Made by a program: the position numbers and the translations under genes. A stretch of DNA of 41,071 nt, from the NCBI GenBank assembly GCA_023425485.1, contig JAFACO010000351.1:1-41071 (forward strand). Reading direction: 5' to 3'. The stretch comes from Bacillota bacterium. GTDB taxonomy: Bacteria > Bacillota > Clostridia > Lachnospirales > Lachnospiraceae. The notes under the pieces were generated by a model. That model was given only the letters and a program-made list of their open reading frames with translations, was not told where the DNA came from and did no database searches. Shown here in pieces: positions 8,667 through 17,791 of this stretch. Numbering within the stretch: the first letter of the stretch is position 1; every line of letters begins with the position of its first letter.

Positions 8667-8812
8667 ATGCCTCTCCCTCTTTTTCTTATATAAATTAAAT
8701 TACCTTTATTACATTTATATACCTTGTCATCCATTTTATGTTAATAAATAGAATAAAAGCCAAAATATTTGACTATACTATATACAAATCATTATATAAG
8801 GCTGGTGACACT

Positions 8813-9028
8813 ATGCTGTTATTCTCTAAACGGAGACCCCCAAAAGATAATTATATTATCAATGAGATAAATAAAACAAAGATTGCTATGGAAGCAGCTT
8901 ACTCCAACTTTCAAAACGTTGTAGATCCTGATCTTATTGATAGCTGTATTTATGAGTTAAACGCTGTACAAAACCGATATAAATTTCTATTAAAACTTGC
9001 TAAAGAATCCGACACGACTTGCTGTTAA
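8813..9028 (+). CDS. YaaL/DUF2508 family protein
   Basis: AYSNFQNVVDPDLIDSCIYELNAVQNRYKFLLK motif; ATG 8813 follows GGTGA. Confidence 0.8.
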   Translation: MLLFSKRRPPKDNYIINEINKTKIAMEAAYSNFQNVVDPDLIDSCIYELNAVQNRYKFLLKLAKESDTTCC

Positions 9029-9037
9029 GACATATAA

Positions 9038-9097
9038 AAGCTGTCCCAAACCATTTTAAGAAAACTATCGTTTTCCTATCATGTTTTGGGACAGCTT
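9038..9097. terminator. Long hairpin, probable bidirectional terminator (yaaL versus the fliS side)
   Basis: AAGCTGTCCCAAA...TTTGGGACAGCTT. Confidence 0.7.
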
Positions 9098-9382
9098 ATC
9101 TATTTTATGTAGATTACATTTAATCTTTGGTACACAGCTCTCTTATGTTTCTTTTTCCTTTTAAAGAATTCTATCTCTCTATTAGAAACTTATCCTCCTA
9201 AGGTCCGTAGGTTCTCTTGTGCGTTTCGTTTAATGTTATCATAGGTTCTATGGTAAGAATCTTCGGTACTATGTCTTAATCCTTTGTGTATTAACATAAA
9301 AGTGCTTCTGTATCTTATAAGCATAATTCTTCTTTTGCTTTAAATTACTTTGGTACATTCTACTGCCAATGATGAACAGCCT

Positions 9383-9857
9383 CTTTTGTAGCTTTCAATG
9401 AAATAACTCATTTCTTTCGTACATATAGCATTTGTACATTCTCTGATAATATAATCAGCATCTTTAGTATACTTAGCTTTTGTAAATTCACTGGTATGTA
9501 TCCGGTTCTTTGGTATGCATGACTTTTGTACGTTTACTGGTATCTATCCAGTTCTTTGGTATGCATGACTTTTGTACATTTACTGGTATCTACCCAGTTC
9601 TTTGGTATGCATGACTTTTGTACGTTTACTGGTATCTACCCAGTTCTTTGGTATGCATGCTTTTGTACATTCACTGGTATCTACCCAGTTCTTTGGTATG
9701 CTTGGCTTTTGTACATCACTAGTATCTGTCCAGCTCTTTGGTATATATTACTTTTGTACATTTGCTGATGTTCCCATCAATCTCTTTGGTATACTCTGCT
9801 TTCGTAATCACACTAATGTTATCAATTAGCTTCGTGTGTACTTTAAAGTCTTTTGTA
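9383..9857. repeat. Non-coding tandem array of about ten 45-51 bp units (core 46 bp), with further degenerate units back to about 9250
   Basis: Consensus CTTTTGTACRTTTACTGGTATCTAYCCAGTTCTTTGGTATGCATGA; units start at 9383, 9429, 9477, 9523, 9569, 9615, 9660, 9706, 9751 and 9799; core unit length is not a multiple of 3. Confidence 0.95.
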
Positions 9858-9866
9858 GTGGCTTAT

Positions 9867-10346
9867 TTATACCATAAACCCACGGCTCCTGCTATTAGGA
9901 TCGATGTAAGTCTCATTCAGTGTGCCTTTACCGTAGGTTAAGCCCGCATAGAGCTGCTGCGTGTTACGCATCATTGGTCCGCTGGTGTCCGCTTTACTAA
10001 CACCTTCAAACCCTGTTAAAAGTCTTGTTATTACACCTTGAACACCTTCAAGTGAGTCAGGAGTTCTTTTCATAATGGCTGTAATAATTGATTTATTTAC
10101 AAATAAGTAGAGGCTAAGTAGATCAAAAGAAATTTGGTATTTAAAATCTAACGCCACTATCAGTTCATTGATATATTTATGTGCTCTTTTCAGCTCCCTA
10201 TCAAAGGCCACGAGGTCCTTTAATTCATGAGCCTCCTTAGCTTCTGCTATTTCTTCCAAAACCATCTCGTATAAAATAACGATAAGCTCACTTTTAGAGG
10301 CTTGGGTTATTCTGTTTGCGAAGGTTTGAATTGCCTCTTTTTTCAT
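9867..10346 (-). CDS. fliS: Flagellin export chaperone FliS
   Basis: QASKSELIVILYE, INELIVALDF, LLSLYLF motifs; immediately downstream of flagellin. Confidence 0.85.
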   Translation of the reverse strand: MKKEAIQTFANRITQASKSELIVILYEMVLEEIAEAKEAHELKDLVAFDRELKRAHKYINELIVALDFKYQISFDLLSLYLFVNKSIITAIMKRTPDSLEGVQGVITRLLTGFEGVSKADTSGPMMRNTQQLYAGLTYGKGTLNETYIDPNSRSRGFMV

Positions 10347-10383
10347 TTATCAAGTCCTCCTGTCCTTCCTCCTATAAAATCAA

Positions 10384-11925
10384 TTAATTCTGAAGTAAGG
10401 ATAAAATCGTCTGAGGTCTCTGATTTGCCTGTGCCAACATGGAGGTACCAGCCTGTGCCAATACATTCTTTTGTGTATAGTTTGCCATTTCAACAGCCAT
10501 ATCTGCATCCGAAATACGGGATAAGGATTCTGTCATGTTCTCAGAAGTTGTATCCAAGTTAGAAATGGAGTGCTCTAATCTGTTCTGATAAGCACCAAGC
10601 TTGGAACGAATTGCAGATACCTGATTGATTGCTGTATCAAGTAAAGTAATTGCTGCCTGGGCACCATCTGCTGTACCAATATTCACCTTGTCAATTCCAA
10701 GGGTAGCTGGATCCACCTTAGGGATTCTTACAGACATAGTCTGTCCTTCATTTGCACCAATTTGAAGATCCATTGGACCTGCATCAAGAACGGAGATTGT
10801 GATGTCTTTATAATTTGTACTAGGGGTATCAGGATCTGCAGGATCTGCTCCGTCAATATCATAATCATCAAATGTAGTTCCTGCCGTTCCCGCTGTTATT
10901 TCAGCTACCATAGAAAAATTATCTCTATCCGATATTGTAACTTTATTTCCAGTAATAGCAACGGTTGCTGTATTATCAAATTTTGAGGTGTAATCTATTG
11001 TTACTTTGGCATCATGGCCACTTGCAACAGCTTTGGTAGTAGATAACCCTAACAGACTTGCTAACTTTGGATTATCACAGTAGATTTCAATCTTCTGTGC
11101 AGAACCATATTCATTGGAGACAAAGGCAAGATAATTTTCACCATCCCAAGTATTACTTGTATAGCCGGCAAGCTCAAGATTTGTTGTAGTAGATGGATAC
11201 GTAGGAGTCGCAGCAACGCTATCAGAAGCAAACACTTTAACACCAACACTATCTCCAACATCCCTTAGTTTTTTGAAAACATCCTCAAGAGTATCTCCTT
11301 CAGCAATTTTTACGGATTCACCATTAATATTAATAGAACCTACTTCGTCACTCGCAATAGCTGATGTTGTAAATGTAGCCTGTTTTCCTAGCACAACTGC
11401 CTGTCTTGCATCCTGTGTAACCGTCAACTCAAAGTCACCCACAGGAACTGTATCGGATAAAGATACTAATTTAACATTACTATTACTGGAATAGGATTTA
11501 CGATCAATATTACCATCCAGTAAAGTCATGGTATTAAACTCGGTTGTTTTGGAGATTCGGGTAATCTCACTGTTTAACTGGTCGATTTCCGTTTGAATTG
11601 CATCACGATCTTCTGCTGTATAGGTACCATTTGCAGATTGTACTGCAAGCTCTCTCATTCTCTGAAGCATTGCTTCAACTTCAACTAAAGCACCTTCTGC
11701 TGTCTGTATTACAGAGATACCATCGGAAGCATTTCTGGATGCCTGATCTAAACCGGAGATCTGGGTTCTCATTTTCTCTGAAATTGCTAATCCTGCAGAG
11801 TCATCTGCTGCACTGTTGATACGATAACCGGAAGATAATCTCTCCAAGCTCTTATCTAACATTGAATTTGTTTTTGCTAATTGGTTGTTTGCCTTTAAAG
11901 CCGAAATGTTATGGTTGATTCTCAT
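10384..11925 (-). CDS. fliC: Flagellin
   Basis: MRINHNISA..LERLSSGYRINSAADDSAGLAISEKMR N-terminus, LQIGANEGQ and RSKLGAYQNRLE..QAGTSMLAQAN C-terminus. Confidence 0.98.
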   Translation of the reverse strand: MRINHNISALKANNQLAKTNSMLDKSLERLSSGYRINSAADDSAGLAISEKMRTQISGLDQASRNASDGISVIQTAEGALVEVEAMLQRMRELAVQSANGTYTAEDRDAIQTEIDQLNSEITRISKTTEFNTMTLLDGNIDRKSYSSNSNVKLVSLSDTVPVGDFELTVTQDARQAVVLGKQATFTTSAIASDEVGSININGESVKIAEGDTLEDVFKKLRDVGDSVGVKVFASDSVAATPTYPSTTTNLELAGYTSNTWDGENYLAFVSNEYGSAQKIEIYCDNPKLASLLGLSTTKAVASGHDAKVTIDYTSKFDNTATVAITGNKVTISDRDNFSMVAEITAGTAGTTFDDYDIDGADPADPDTPSTNYKDITISVLDAGPMDLQIGANEGQTMSVRIPKVDPATLGIDKVNIGTADGAQAAITLLDTAINQVSAIRSKLGAYQNRLEHSISNLDTTSENMTESLSRISDADMAVEMANYTQKNVLAQAGTSMLAQANQRPQTILSLLQN

Positions 11926-11957
11926 ATAGTATCACCTAATCCCTTTCTTTTTGGCAG

Positions 11958-12050
11958 CCATCCCCCTCCATGTACGATGGTTCGCTCGATTTATTATAAT
12001 CATATATTTTTAAAACTTGTCTATAAATCAGCAACCTCCATGTAGCCGAT
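11958..12050 (-). promoter_or_regulatory. Two CsrA-type binding hairpins in the flagellin leader
   Basis: ACAUGGAG in the loops of CCAUC/GAUGG (11958-11980) and AUCGGC/GCUGAU (12027-12050) stems on the mRNA strand. Confidence 0.7.
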
Positions 12051-12108
12051 ATAAATCATTTAACTACTTACCTATCTTTCTATGAACCACTCTTACATCC
12101 ACACTAAG

Positions 12109-15100
12109 TTATGTAGCGCTGTTCTCAACATCTCGTACAAACTGTACAATTGCTTTAGCAATTTGGTAAAGGGTTCGTTCCATATCGGGATTCGATGCTT
12201 CTGTATCTCGTGAAGATTGGCTAGTATAACTATTCGCTTCCTTTTCATTTCTTAGCATTACAAAATCCAATTGTTTTAAGATAACATCCTGTTCTTCAAT
12301 TGTACTTCTCAGCAACTGCGAATTTCTACTCATATGCTCTAGTCCGCTGCGGCTGTCACTGCCAATGAATCCCTGAAGTCCATTCTCTTTTAAGGAGAAT
12401 TCTGTCTTTACATTACCTAGTTGTTCCGACCAGGTAGTAACACTTACCTTACCTGACCCTGTAGCTCCTCTTAGGATGGTCAGGTTCATATTTGTAATAC
12501 CATTTTTTGTTTCTATCGGTATTTGATAAAATTCTTTTTCTGCAAGTGTTCTTAAAAATCTCATCTGCTGCCCTAAGCTTTTCAACTCAGCCAATCTCTG
12601 ATTGTCTATCTTTTCTTCCGAATAAGATTGTTCAATTGCAGCTTCTGCATCCTGTTCTAACTGTATATAAGTTTCTACTGCAGAATGCCTGTCGATTAAT
12701 GTATCGGACAATTGCTCAAAATCCTTAAGAGTATTTTCCGATTTTTCGACTTTTTCTTCTTTTTGTAATTTCAGCAGCTTCTTAATGGGGGATTCTCCAT
12801 TACTTAGCATATAATTTGCCATCATAAGATTAGCTGGAGTATTGGGGACTCTATAGTTATTCAGAAATCGAAGAGCCTGTTCGGAATTTTTGCATAATTC
12901 CCTAATCTCTTGAACCTTCTTTGAATATTCCTCTTCCACCAACTGATCATCTTCCAGCTGTGCAAGCTGATCATATAGCTTTTCAACTGATACATTCTTT
13001 ATACTCTCCCAAATTCCCTTAGAAGAGATATTATTTAAGAGAGAAGGTGTTATTCCCTCTTTAATTTCTTTTAAAAGCTGCCCAATATACTCTGTCTTTT
13101 CTTGAATTCCCTCATTGTTGGAATTCACTTCCTGTGAATTAACATTACTATCTAATGTCTTGTCTCCCGCAGAGAATTCTCTTACTTGTTCTGCTATTGA
13201 TTCCGAATTTCTATTCAAGTCTTGTAAGGTTCCAAATTCATCATCTATTACCGCGTCTAGATGCCCCTTCTTATGTGTATTCACTGCCCGAAGCAGCCCT
13301 TCTAAAGTCACTTCCTGATTTGCCTTGAGTAATGCCCCAACTGCTGCCCCATCTGATTTTTCCACATTGTAAAGTAATCGATAAACGCCAATATAAGCCT
13401 TTCTTTCACCGGGTGTAATATCATTTGCCTTATCAAGCCTATGTAAAAATGTACTGAACTTCTCTTCTGAAGAGATACCCTCTTCTTCCCTTATGCGGTT
13501 CACAGTTTGGTTTAACTCATCAATGGTCATTTGCATTGGATTTAAATGCTCTTTCAGCATACGAACGGTCACTGCTGGATGTAAATTATTGATTAAGTTT
13601 GACACCTTCTGGTCATATGCCTTAACTTGTGCTAGGGAGGCCTCGTTAATTTCCATTTGATTGTAACCTAATATTCGTGCAGCTCTTCGATTTTGCTCTG
13701 TAGTTTCAATCTGAAGCTCCTCCAATAAGGAATCAACCTTTGCAAATGCCTTTTTAATGGAATCACCATACTCACTGTTTGGAACCGTCATCAAGGTTTC
13801 ATATGCGGCACCAGCTTTTGCAAATTCAGCTTGCAGTTTATTACCTTCCGTCAGAAGGCCTGGAATCGTTATACTGCTCCTAATACTAAGCGTACTGCCT
13901 AGCACCTGACTTGGAAGGTTTCTTAGCGCTTCCACACTTTGGGTGGTCTCCTTTAAAAGCTCCAATGAAGTTGAGTCAAACACTGCATCAGCCTCCAAAG
14001 CCAGATCTTTATAGTAACTATCCTCTAATTGTTTTAATGCATCAACTACCTTGCTAAGTTCATTGGTTTCTATGGAGAAGCCCTGCTTTTCCAGCTTTGC
14101 TGCAGCTTCTATAGTCATCTTCAGTCGGATTTCCTCCAGCTGTCTCTTTGCTCTAACTTCCTTATAGGCCTTACTGTCAACTACCTCACTCTCTTGTTCA
14201 GAGGTTAAATCAGGTTCAATTGCAGTTTCCTCATCCATTATTTGTTTTGTTTCAATATTTTTTTCATTTGCTACCTGCTTATCTTTATCTAGTACAGAGT
14301 TTTCCTGTATTGCCATCAAATTCTTTAAAGTTAGTTCCGTATCCGTCTCTACTGCCTTGGATACACTATCCTCTGTTATAGTGTTTAACTTATCTACTAA
14401 TTTGCCTGCACTTTCCCCTATACCTGTTAACACAGCATCCTTTGGATGTAACCCTTGACTCATTCCTTCCAGCATTCGGTTAAGCATCTCTTCCGGATTT
14501 CTGTTATCCTTTAACTGCTCTAATTCCTTCTTATAGGCAAAGGTCTCAGGTGTTAACGGGATTTTACTTTCCACCAGCCACTTTGCAGAAGCAATCTCAC
14601 TCTCCGTAGCTACAAAACCTGCCTCTTGAATTACGTCCTTTACTTGACCTAACAGCTCGTTCCAGTCCTGTGAAGCTATCGGCTCCTTTGTTAGTTTTGT
14701 ACTGCTATAATATGCCTTATATAAATTCTCAATGGTTGGAGCAAGGTTTTTTGATATAAGACTTTGCATTGCCTTGTCATCCATCGCAGGTGTTGAATCT
14801 AATAACGAAAATGCAGAGGTTAATTTGGCTATATTGTCGGGAGTTGCAGGTAAATTTGCCTCCTCAAGTCTTATCTTAAGTTCCAGGGGATCAAAGGACA
14901 TTTTATTTTCCTTCTGTTTCCTTGCTTCTACACTGGATACCTCTTGCTTCCTTTTATCCTCTGTATCCTTCAGTTTTTCTGCTTTTTGGCTCTCCCTGTT
15001 CTTTACTCGGTTAAGCACTCTTTGGAGTCCTTGAAGGGTATAGTTTTGTGGATCAAATCCCTCTTGCTCCATGTTCTTATAATCAACTTCCGTCAGCCTT

Positions 15101-15546
15101 CCATCCACCTCTATTACGCCTTCCAGACTGTCTTTGCTCTCTTGCTCCTGCTCGGCTCTTCTAGCAGACTTCTCTTTCTTTGCCAGAACTGTCTCCCAGT
15201 CAGCCTCTATTGCCAACTTTGCTCGAAAAGAGGTCTTTCTGCTGCCATCATCAGGATCTAATATTCTAAGTTCTATTTCATTCTTGGTGGTCTTCAGTAT
15301 TTCAAAGGTCTTTACCTCTCCTGGTTTTACCTTTCCCACCACATCCTTCGGTGCACTAACTTTCTGACCATTAAAATCAAAGGTCACCTGTTCTGCTACT
15401 GAAATAACAATCCCAGTAATTTGCTGACCTTTTTTCATGAGAGATAAACCCAGTCCATTCTTATCTTTATCTATTGTAACCTGTCCAGACAGATTTTTCG
15501 CTGTCTTGTTCAGGTTTGCCATGTTCTTTGAAACAATCTGATTCAT
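12109..15546 (-). CDS. Large flagellar-associated protein (DUF6240-like, FliK-like C-terminal domain)
   Basis: 1145 aa, acidic and coiled-coil rich; C-terminal FYQIPI..NLTI..LGNV..F beta-rich segment resembles the FliK C-domain; upstream of flagellin with a sigma28 promoter. Confidence 0.6.
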   Translation of the reverse strand: MNQIVSKNMANLNKTAKNLSGQVTIDKDKNGLGLSLMKKGQQITGIVISVAEQVTFDFNGQKVSAPKDVVGKVKPGEVKTFEILKTTKNEIELRILDPDDGSRKTSFRAKLAIEADWETVLAKKEKSARRAEQEQESKDSLEGVIEVDGRLTEVDYKNMEQEGFDPQNYTLQGLQRVLNRVKNRESQKAEKLKDTEDKRKQEVSSVEARKQKENKMSFDPLELKIRLEEANLPATPDNIAKLTSAFSLLDSTPAMDDKAMQSLISKNLAPTIENLYKAYYSSTKLTKEPIASQDWNELLGQVKDVIQEAGFVATESEIASAKWLVESKIPLTPETFAYKKELEQLKDNRNPEEMLNRMLEGMSQGLHPKDAVLTGIGESAGKLVDKLNTITEDSVSKAVETDTELTLKNLMAIQENSVLDKDKQVANEKNIETKQIMDEETAIEPDLTSEQESEVVDSKAYKEVRAKRQLEEIRLKMTIEAAAKLEKQGFSIETNELSKVVDALKQLEDSYYKDLALEADAVFDSTSLELLKETTQSVEALRNLPSQVLGSTLSIRSSITIPGLLTEGNKLQAEFAKAGAAYETLMTVPNSEYGDSIKKAFAKVDSLLEELQIETTEQNRRAARILGYNQMEINEASLAQVKAYDQKVSNLINNLHPAVTVRMLKEHLNPMQMTIDELNQTVNRIREEEGISSEEKFSTFLHRLDKANDITPGERKAYIGVYRLLYNVEKSDGAAVGALLKANQEVTLEGLLRAVNTHKKGHLDAVIDDEFGTLQDLNRNSESIAEQVREFSAGDKTLDSNVNSQEVNSNNEGIQEKTEYIGQLLKEIKEGITPSLLNNISSKGIWESIKNVSVEKLYDQLAQLEDDQLVEEEYSKKVQEIRELCKNSEQALRFLNNYRVPNTPANLMMANYMLSNGESPIKKLLKLQKEEKVEKSENTLKDFEQLSDTLIDRHSAVETYIQLEQDAEAAIEQSYSEEKIDNQRLAELKSLGQQMRFLRTLAEKEFYQIPIETKNGITNMNLTILRGATGSGKVSVTTWSEQLGNVKTEFSLKENGLQGFIGSDSRSGLEHMSRNSQLLRSTIEEQDVILKQLDFVMLRNEKEANSYTSQSSRDTEASNPDMERTLYQIAKAIVQFVRDVENSAT

Positions 15547-15627
15547 ACCTATCTCCCGTCCTCTTTCTGCAGGCTAAATCGAACTTTTCCTGTCGTTCTT
15601 TCCACTCCAAACGACTTTACCTCTATT

Positions 15628-15654
15628 ATTTCGGCAGTTTGTATTAATTTCTTA
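15628..15654 (-). promoter_or_regulatory. sigma28 (FliA/SigD) promoter
   Basis: TAAG-N15-GCCGAAAT, close to consensus TAAA-N15-GCCGATAA. Confidence 0.75.
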
Positions 15655-15904
15655 ACCCGGGAAGATGGACCTGGTCACGGTAATAAATAGCAGGTGCATA
15701 GCTGCATGTCCATAGCTCGAAGGGCTTTTCTATAACAGAAAATTCGTAAAAATTTGCTATTATAGAAAAAATAATAATATAACTTCTTATCGGTAATTTT
15801 GATGAATAAACATGAATATATAAATAGAAATCCAAACCGTGTGTGCATTAATTACTACGAAAGAATCATCAGTATTTAAAGGCATGACACCATGGGAGGT
15901 TGTA

Positions 15905-17662
15905 ATGAAAATAAGAAGGTTGTTTTTTTATACTATACTATTCACTGTCCTCTGCCTAACCCTGTTATTAAGCGGATGCAGCCTGAAAAAAACAGAGTCT
16001 TCGGAACAAGATAAGTTTGATAGCTTTTTAAATGATTTGTTTGTCGTTGAGGTCCAATCAGATAGTATTTCCATGAATTATTCTTTGGCCTCCCCCGAAA
16101 ACTTTGGTATCACACAGGAGAAGGCTACCCTGGGTGAATATAGCGTTAGTAACATGACAAAGGATCTTTCTTCCTCGGAAAACTACCTGGCGCGACTGAA
16201 ATCCTTTGATTATCAGCTCCTATCCTCAGACCAAAAATTAACCTACGAGATTGTTAAGACCTATCTAGAACAAGACTTAGGTTTAGGCGACTTTATGTAT
16301 TACGATGAATGTCTAGGACCAACCACTGGCATTCAAGCTCAATTGCCAATTCTATTAGCTGAATATAGTTTTTATAGCAAGTCTGACATAGACACCTATA
16401 TTGACCTACTCACTTGCGTTTATAGTTATTTTGAAGATCTGGCTCAGTATGAACGTGAAAAATCAAAAGCTGGTCTTTTTATGAGTGATGCTGTAGCCGC
16501 TCAAATAATTGAACAATGTAATTCCTTTATTGAAAACCCTAAAGAAAACTTCTTGATTCAATATTTTGATGAAAAAATAATGAACTATAAAGGTTTAACC
16601 AAAGAAGAAATTACTACCTACAAAGTAAAAAACAAAGAGGCTGTACTTACCCATGTCATCCCTGCTTACAAATTATTAATTAAAACACTAACTGAACTTA
16701 TGGGGACTGGTACAAATGATGCAGGCCTATACTATTATCCAAAGGGCCAATCCTATTATGAAAAAGTAGCTAAGATTAAAACCGGTTCAGATAAAAGTAT
16801 GCAAGAAATGATTAAAATGCTGGACACTGCAATTGGTGACGGACTTGTTGATATTACTGCCTTAACAACTGCAGATCCTAACCTTATTGATAAGTATCTT
16901 TCCTTTGAATCTTTTCCTTTAACAGATCCAAATGATATTATAAGTGACTTGAAATCCGATATTCAAAAAGACTTTCCACCAACAGCAACTGTGAACTGCA
17001 ATATTAAATATGTACCCGATTCCCTTGCAGAATATTTAAGTCCCGCCATGTATCTAATCCCGCCCATTGATAATTATAAGGATAATAATATCTACATCAA
17101 TGGTAACGATGCTAAAACTCTGTCCATGATTTATACCACTGTGGCGCATGAAGGATATCCAGGTCACCTCTATCAATGTGTCTATTTCAGAAGTAAAAAT
17201 CCATCACCTATCCGCAATTTATTAAACTTTGTCGGATATGATGAAGGCTGGGCAACTTATGTTGAAATGTATTCCTATCACACCTCTGGAATTGACGAGA
17301 TGCTTGCTGATTTTCTAGAGCTTAACAACATTGTAATCCTTTGTATGTATGCTCGTACAGACATTGGCATCCATTATGAGGGCTGGACAAAGAGAACGGC
17401 AGTAGACTATGTCAATGACTTTATCGGTGATGATGAGATTGCTGGTGCAATCTATGATACCTTACTGGAAGAGCCAGCTATCTATCTTCCCTATGCAATT
17501 GGTTATCTTGAAATAATGGAACTTAGAAAACAAGCAGAACGAGAATTAGCTGACAACTTTGTTGCAAAAGATTTTCATACCTTTTTACTTGATATTGGGC
17601 CAGCACAGTTTGGAATTATAAAAGATAAAATGGACTTATGGATTGAAAATACCATAAAGTAA
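15905..17662 (+). CDS. DUF885-family lipoprotein (putative metallopeptidase)
   Basis: ATG 15905 after GGGAGG; lipobox LSGC; HEGYPGH, EGWATYVE and FHTFLLDIGP motifs. Confidence 0.85.
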   Translation: MKIRRLFFYTILFTVLCLTLLLSGCSLKKTESSEQDKFDSFLNDLFVVEVQSDSISMNYSLASPENFGITQEKATLGEYSVSNMTKDLSSSENYLARLKSFDYQLLSSDQKLTYEIVKTYLEQDLGLGDFMYYDECLGPTTGIQAQLPILLAEYSFYSKSDIDTYIDLLTCVYSYFEDLAQYEREKSKAGLFMSDAVAAQIIEQCNSFIENPKENFLIQYFDEKIMNYKGLTKEEITTYKVKNKEAVLTHVIPAYKLLIKTLTELMGTGTNDAGLYYYPKGQSYYEKVAKIKTGSDKSMQEMIKMLDTAIGDGLVDITALTTADPNLIDKYLSFESFPLTDPNDIISDLKSDIQKDFPPTATVNCNIKYVPDSLAEYLSPAMYLIPPIDNYKDNNIYINGNDAKTLSMIYTTVAHEGYPGHLYQCVYFRSKNPSPIRNLLNFVGYDEGWATYVEMYSYHTSGIDEMLADFLELNNIVILCMYARTDIGIHYEGWTKRTAVDYVNDFIGDDEIAGAIYDTLLEEPAIYLPYAIGYLEIMELRKQAERELADNFVAKDFHTFLLDIGPAQFGIIKDKMDLWIENTIK

Positions 17663-17673
17663 GACGAAACGCC

Positions 17674-17713
17674 AAAACAGCAGCTGGATAGCGCTCCTCC
17701 ATGCTGCTGTTTT
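17674..17713. terminator. Bidirectional terminator between the DUF885 gene and metG
   Basis: AAAACAGCAGC...GCTGCTGTTTT. Confidence 0.8.
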
Positions 17714-17723
17714 AAATAATTTA

Positions 17724-17786
17724 GTGACTACGCAGAACCAAGCTCGAAACCCTGTGGTTTCCTACTGTATGATTCTGAACAGTTCC
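17724..17786. mobile_element. MITE copy 3 (63-bp internally deleted, decayed copy)
   Basis: GTGACTACGCAGAACCAAGCTCGAAACCCTGTGGTTTCCT left end and TTCTGAACAGTTCC right end match copies 1 and 2; no clear target duplication. Confidence 0.7.
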
Positions 17787-17791
17787 AAGTA

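Noticed and set aside
9535..9551. Array hairpin shares ACTGGTATCT with the FadR operator region (4238-4247)
   Set aside because: Half-site spacing differs (CTGG-N7-CCAG versus CTGG-N5-CCAG) and outer units lose the sequence; probably chance
9383..9857. Array as a CRISPR locus
   Set aside because: Central units are near-identical end to end with no unique spacers, the variable parts are self-complementary, and no cas genes are present
9383..9857. Array as a type III toxin-antitoxin antitoxin (ToxI/CptI/TenpI)
   Set aside because: Unit length fits, but no toxin ORF follows on either strand and no convincing pseudoknot is visible; an orphan array cannot be fully excluded
9526..9941. ORFs 9526-9768, 9572-9829 and 9738-9941
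   Set aside because: Products of the 46-bp repeat cycling through frames; no clear RBS
12024..12052. sigma28-like TAAA..GCCGATAT on the plus strand
   Set aside because: Points away from flagellin, spacer is 17 bp, and the sequence is explained as the stem of the CsrA-type hairpin
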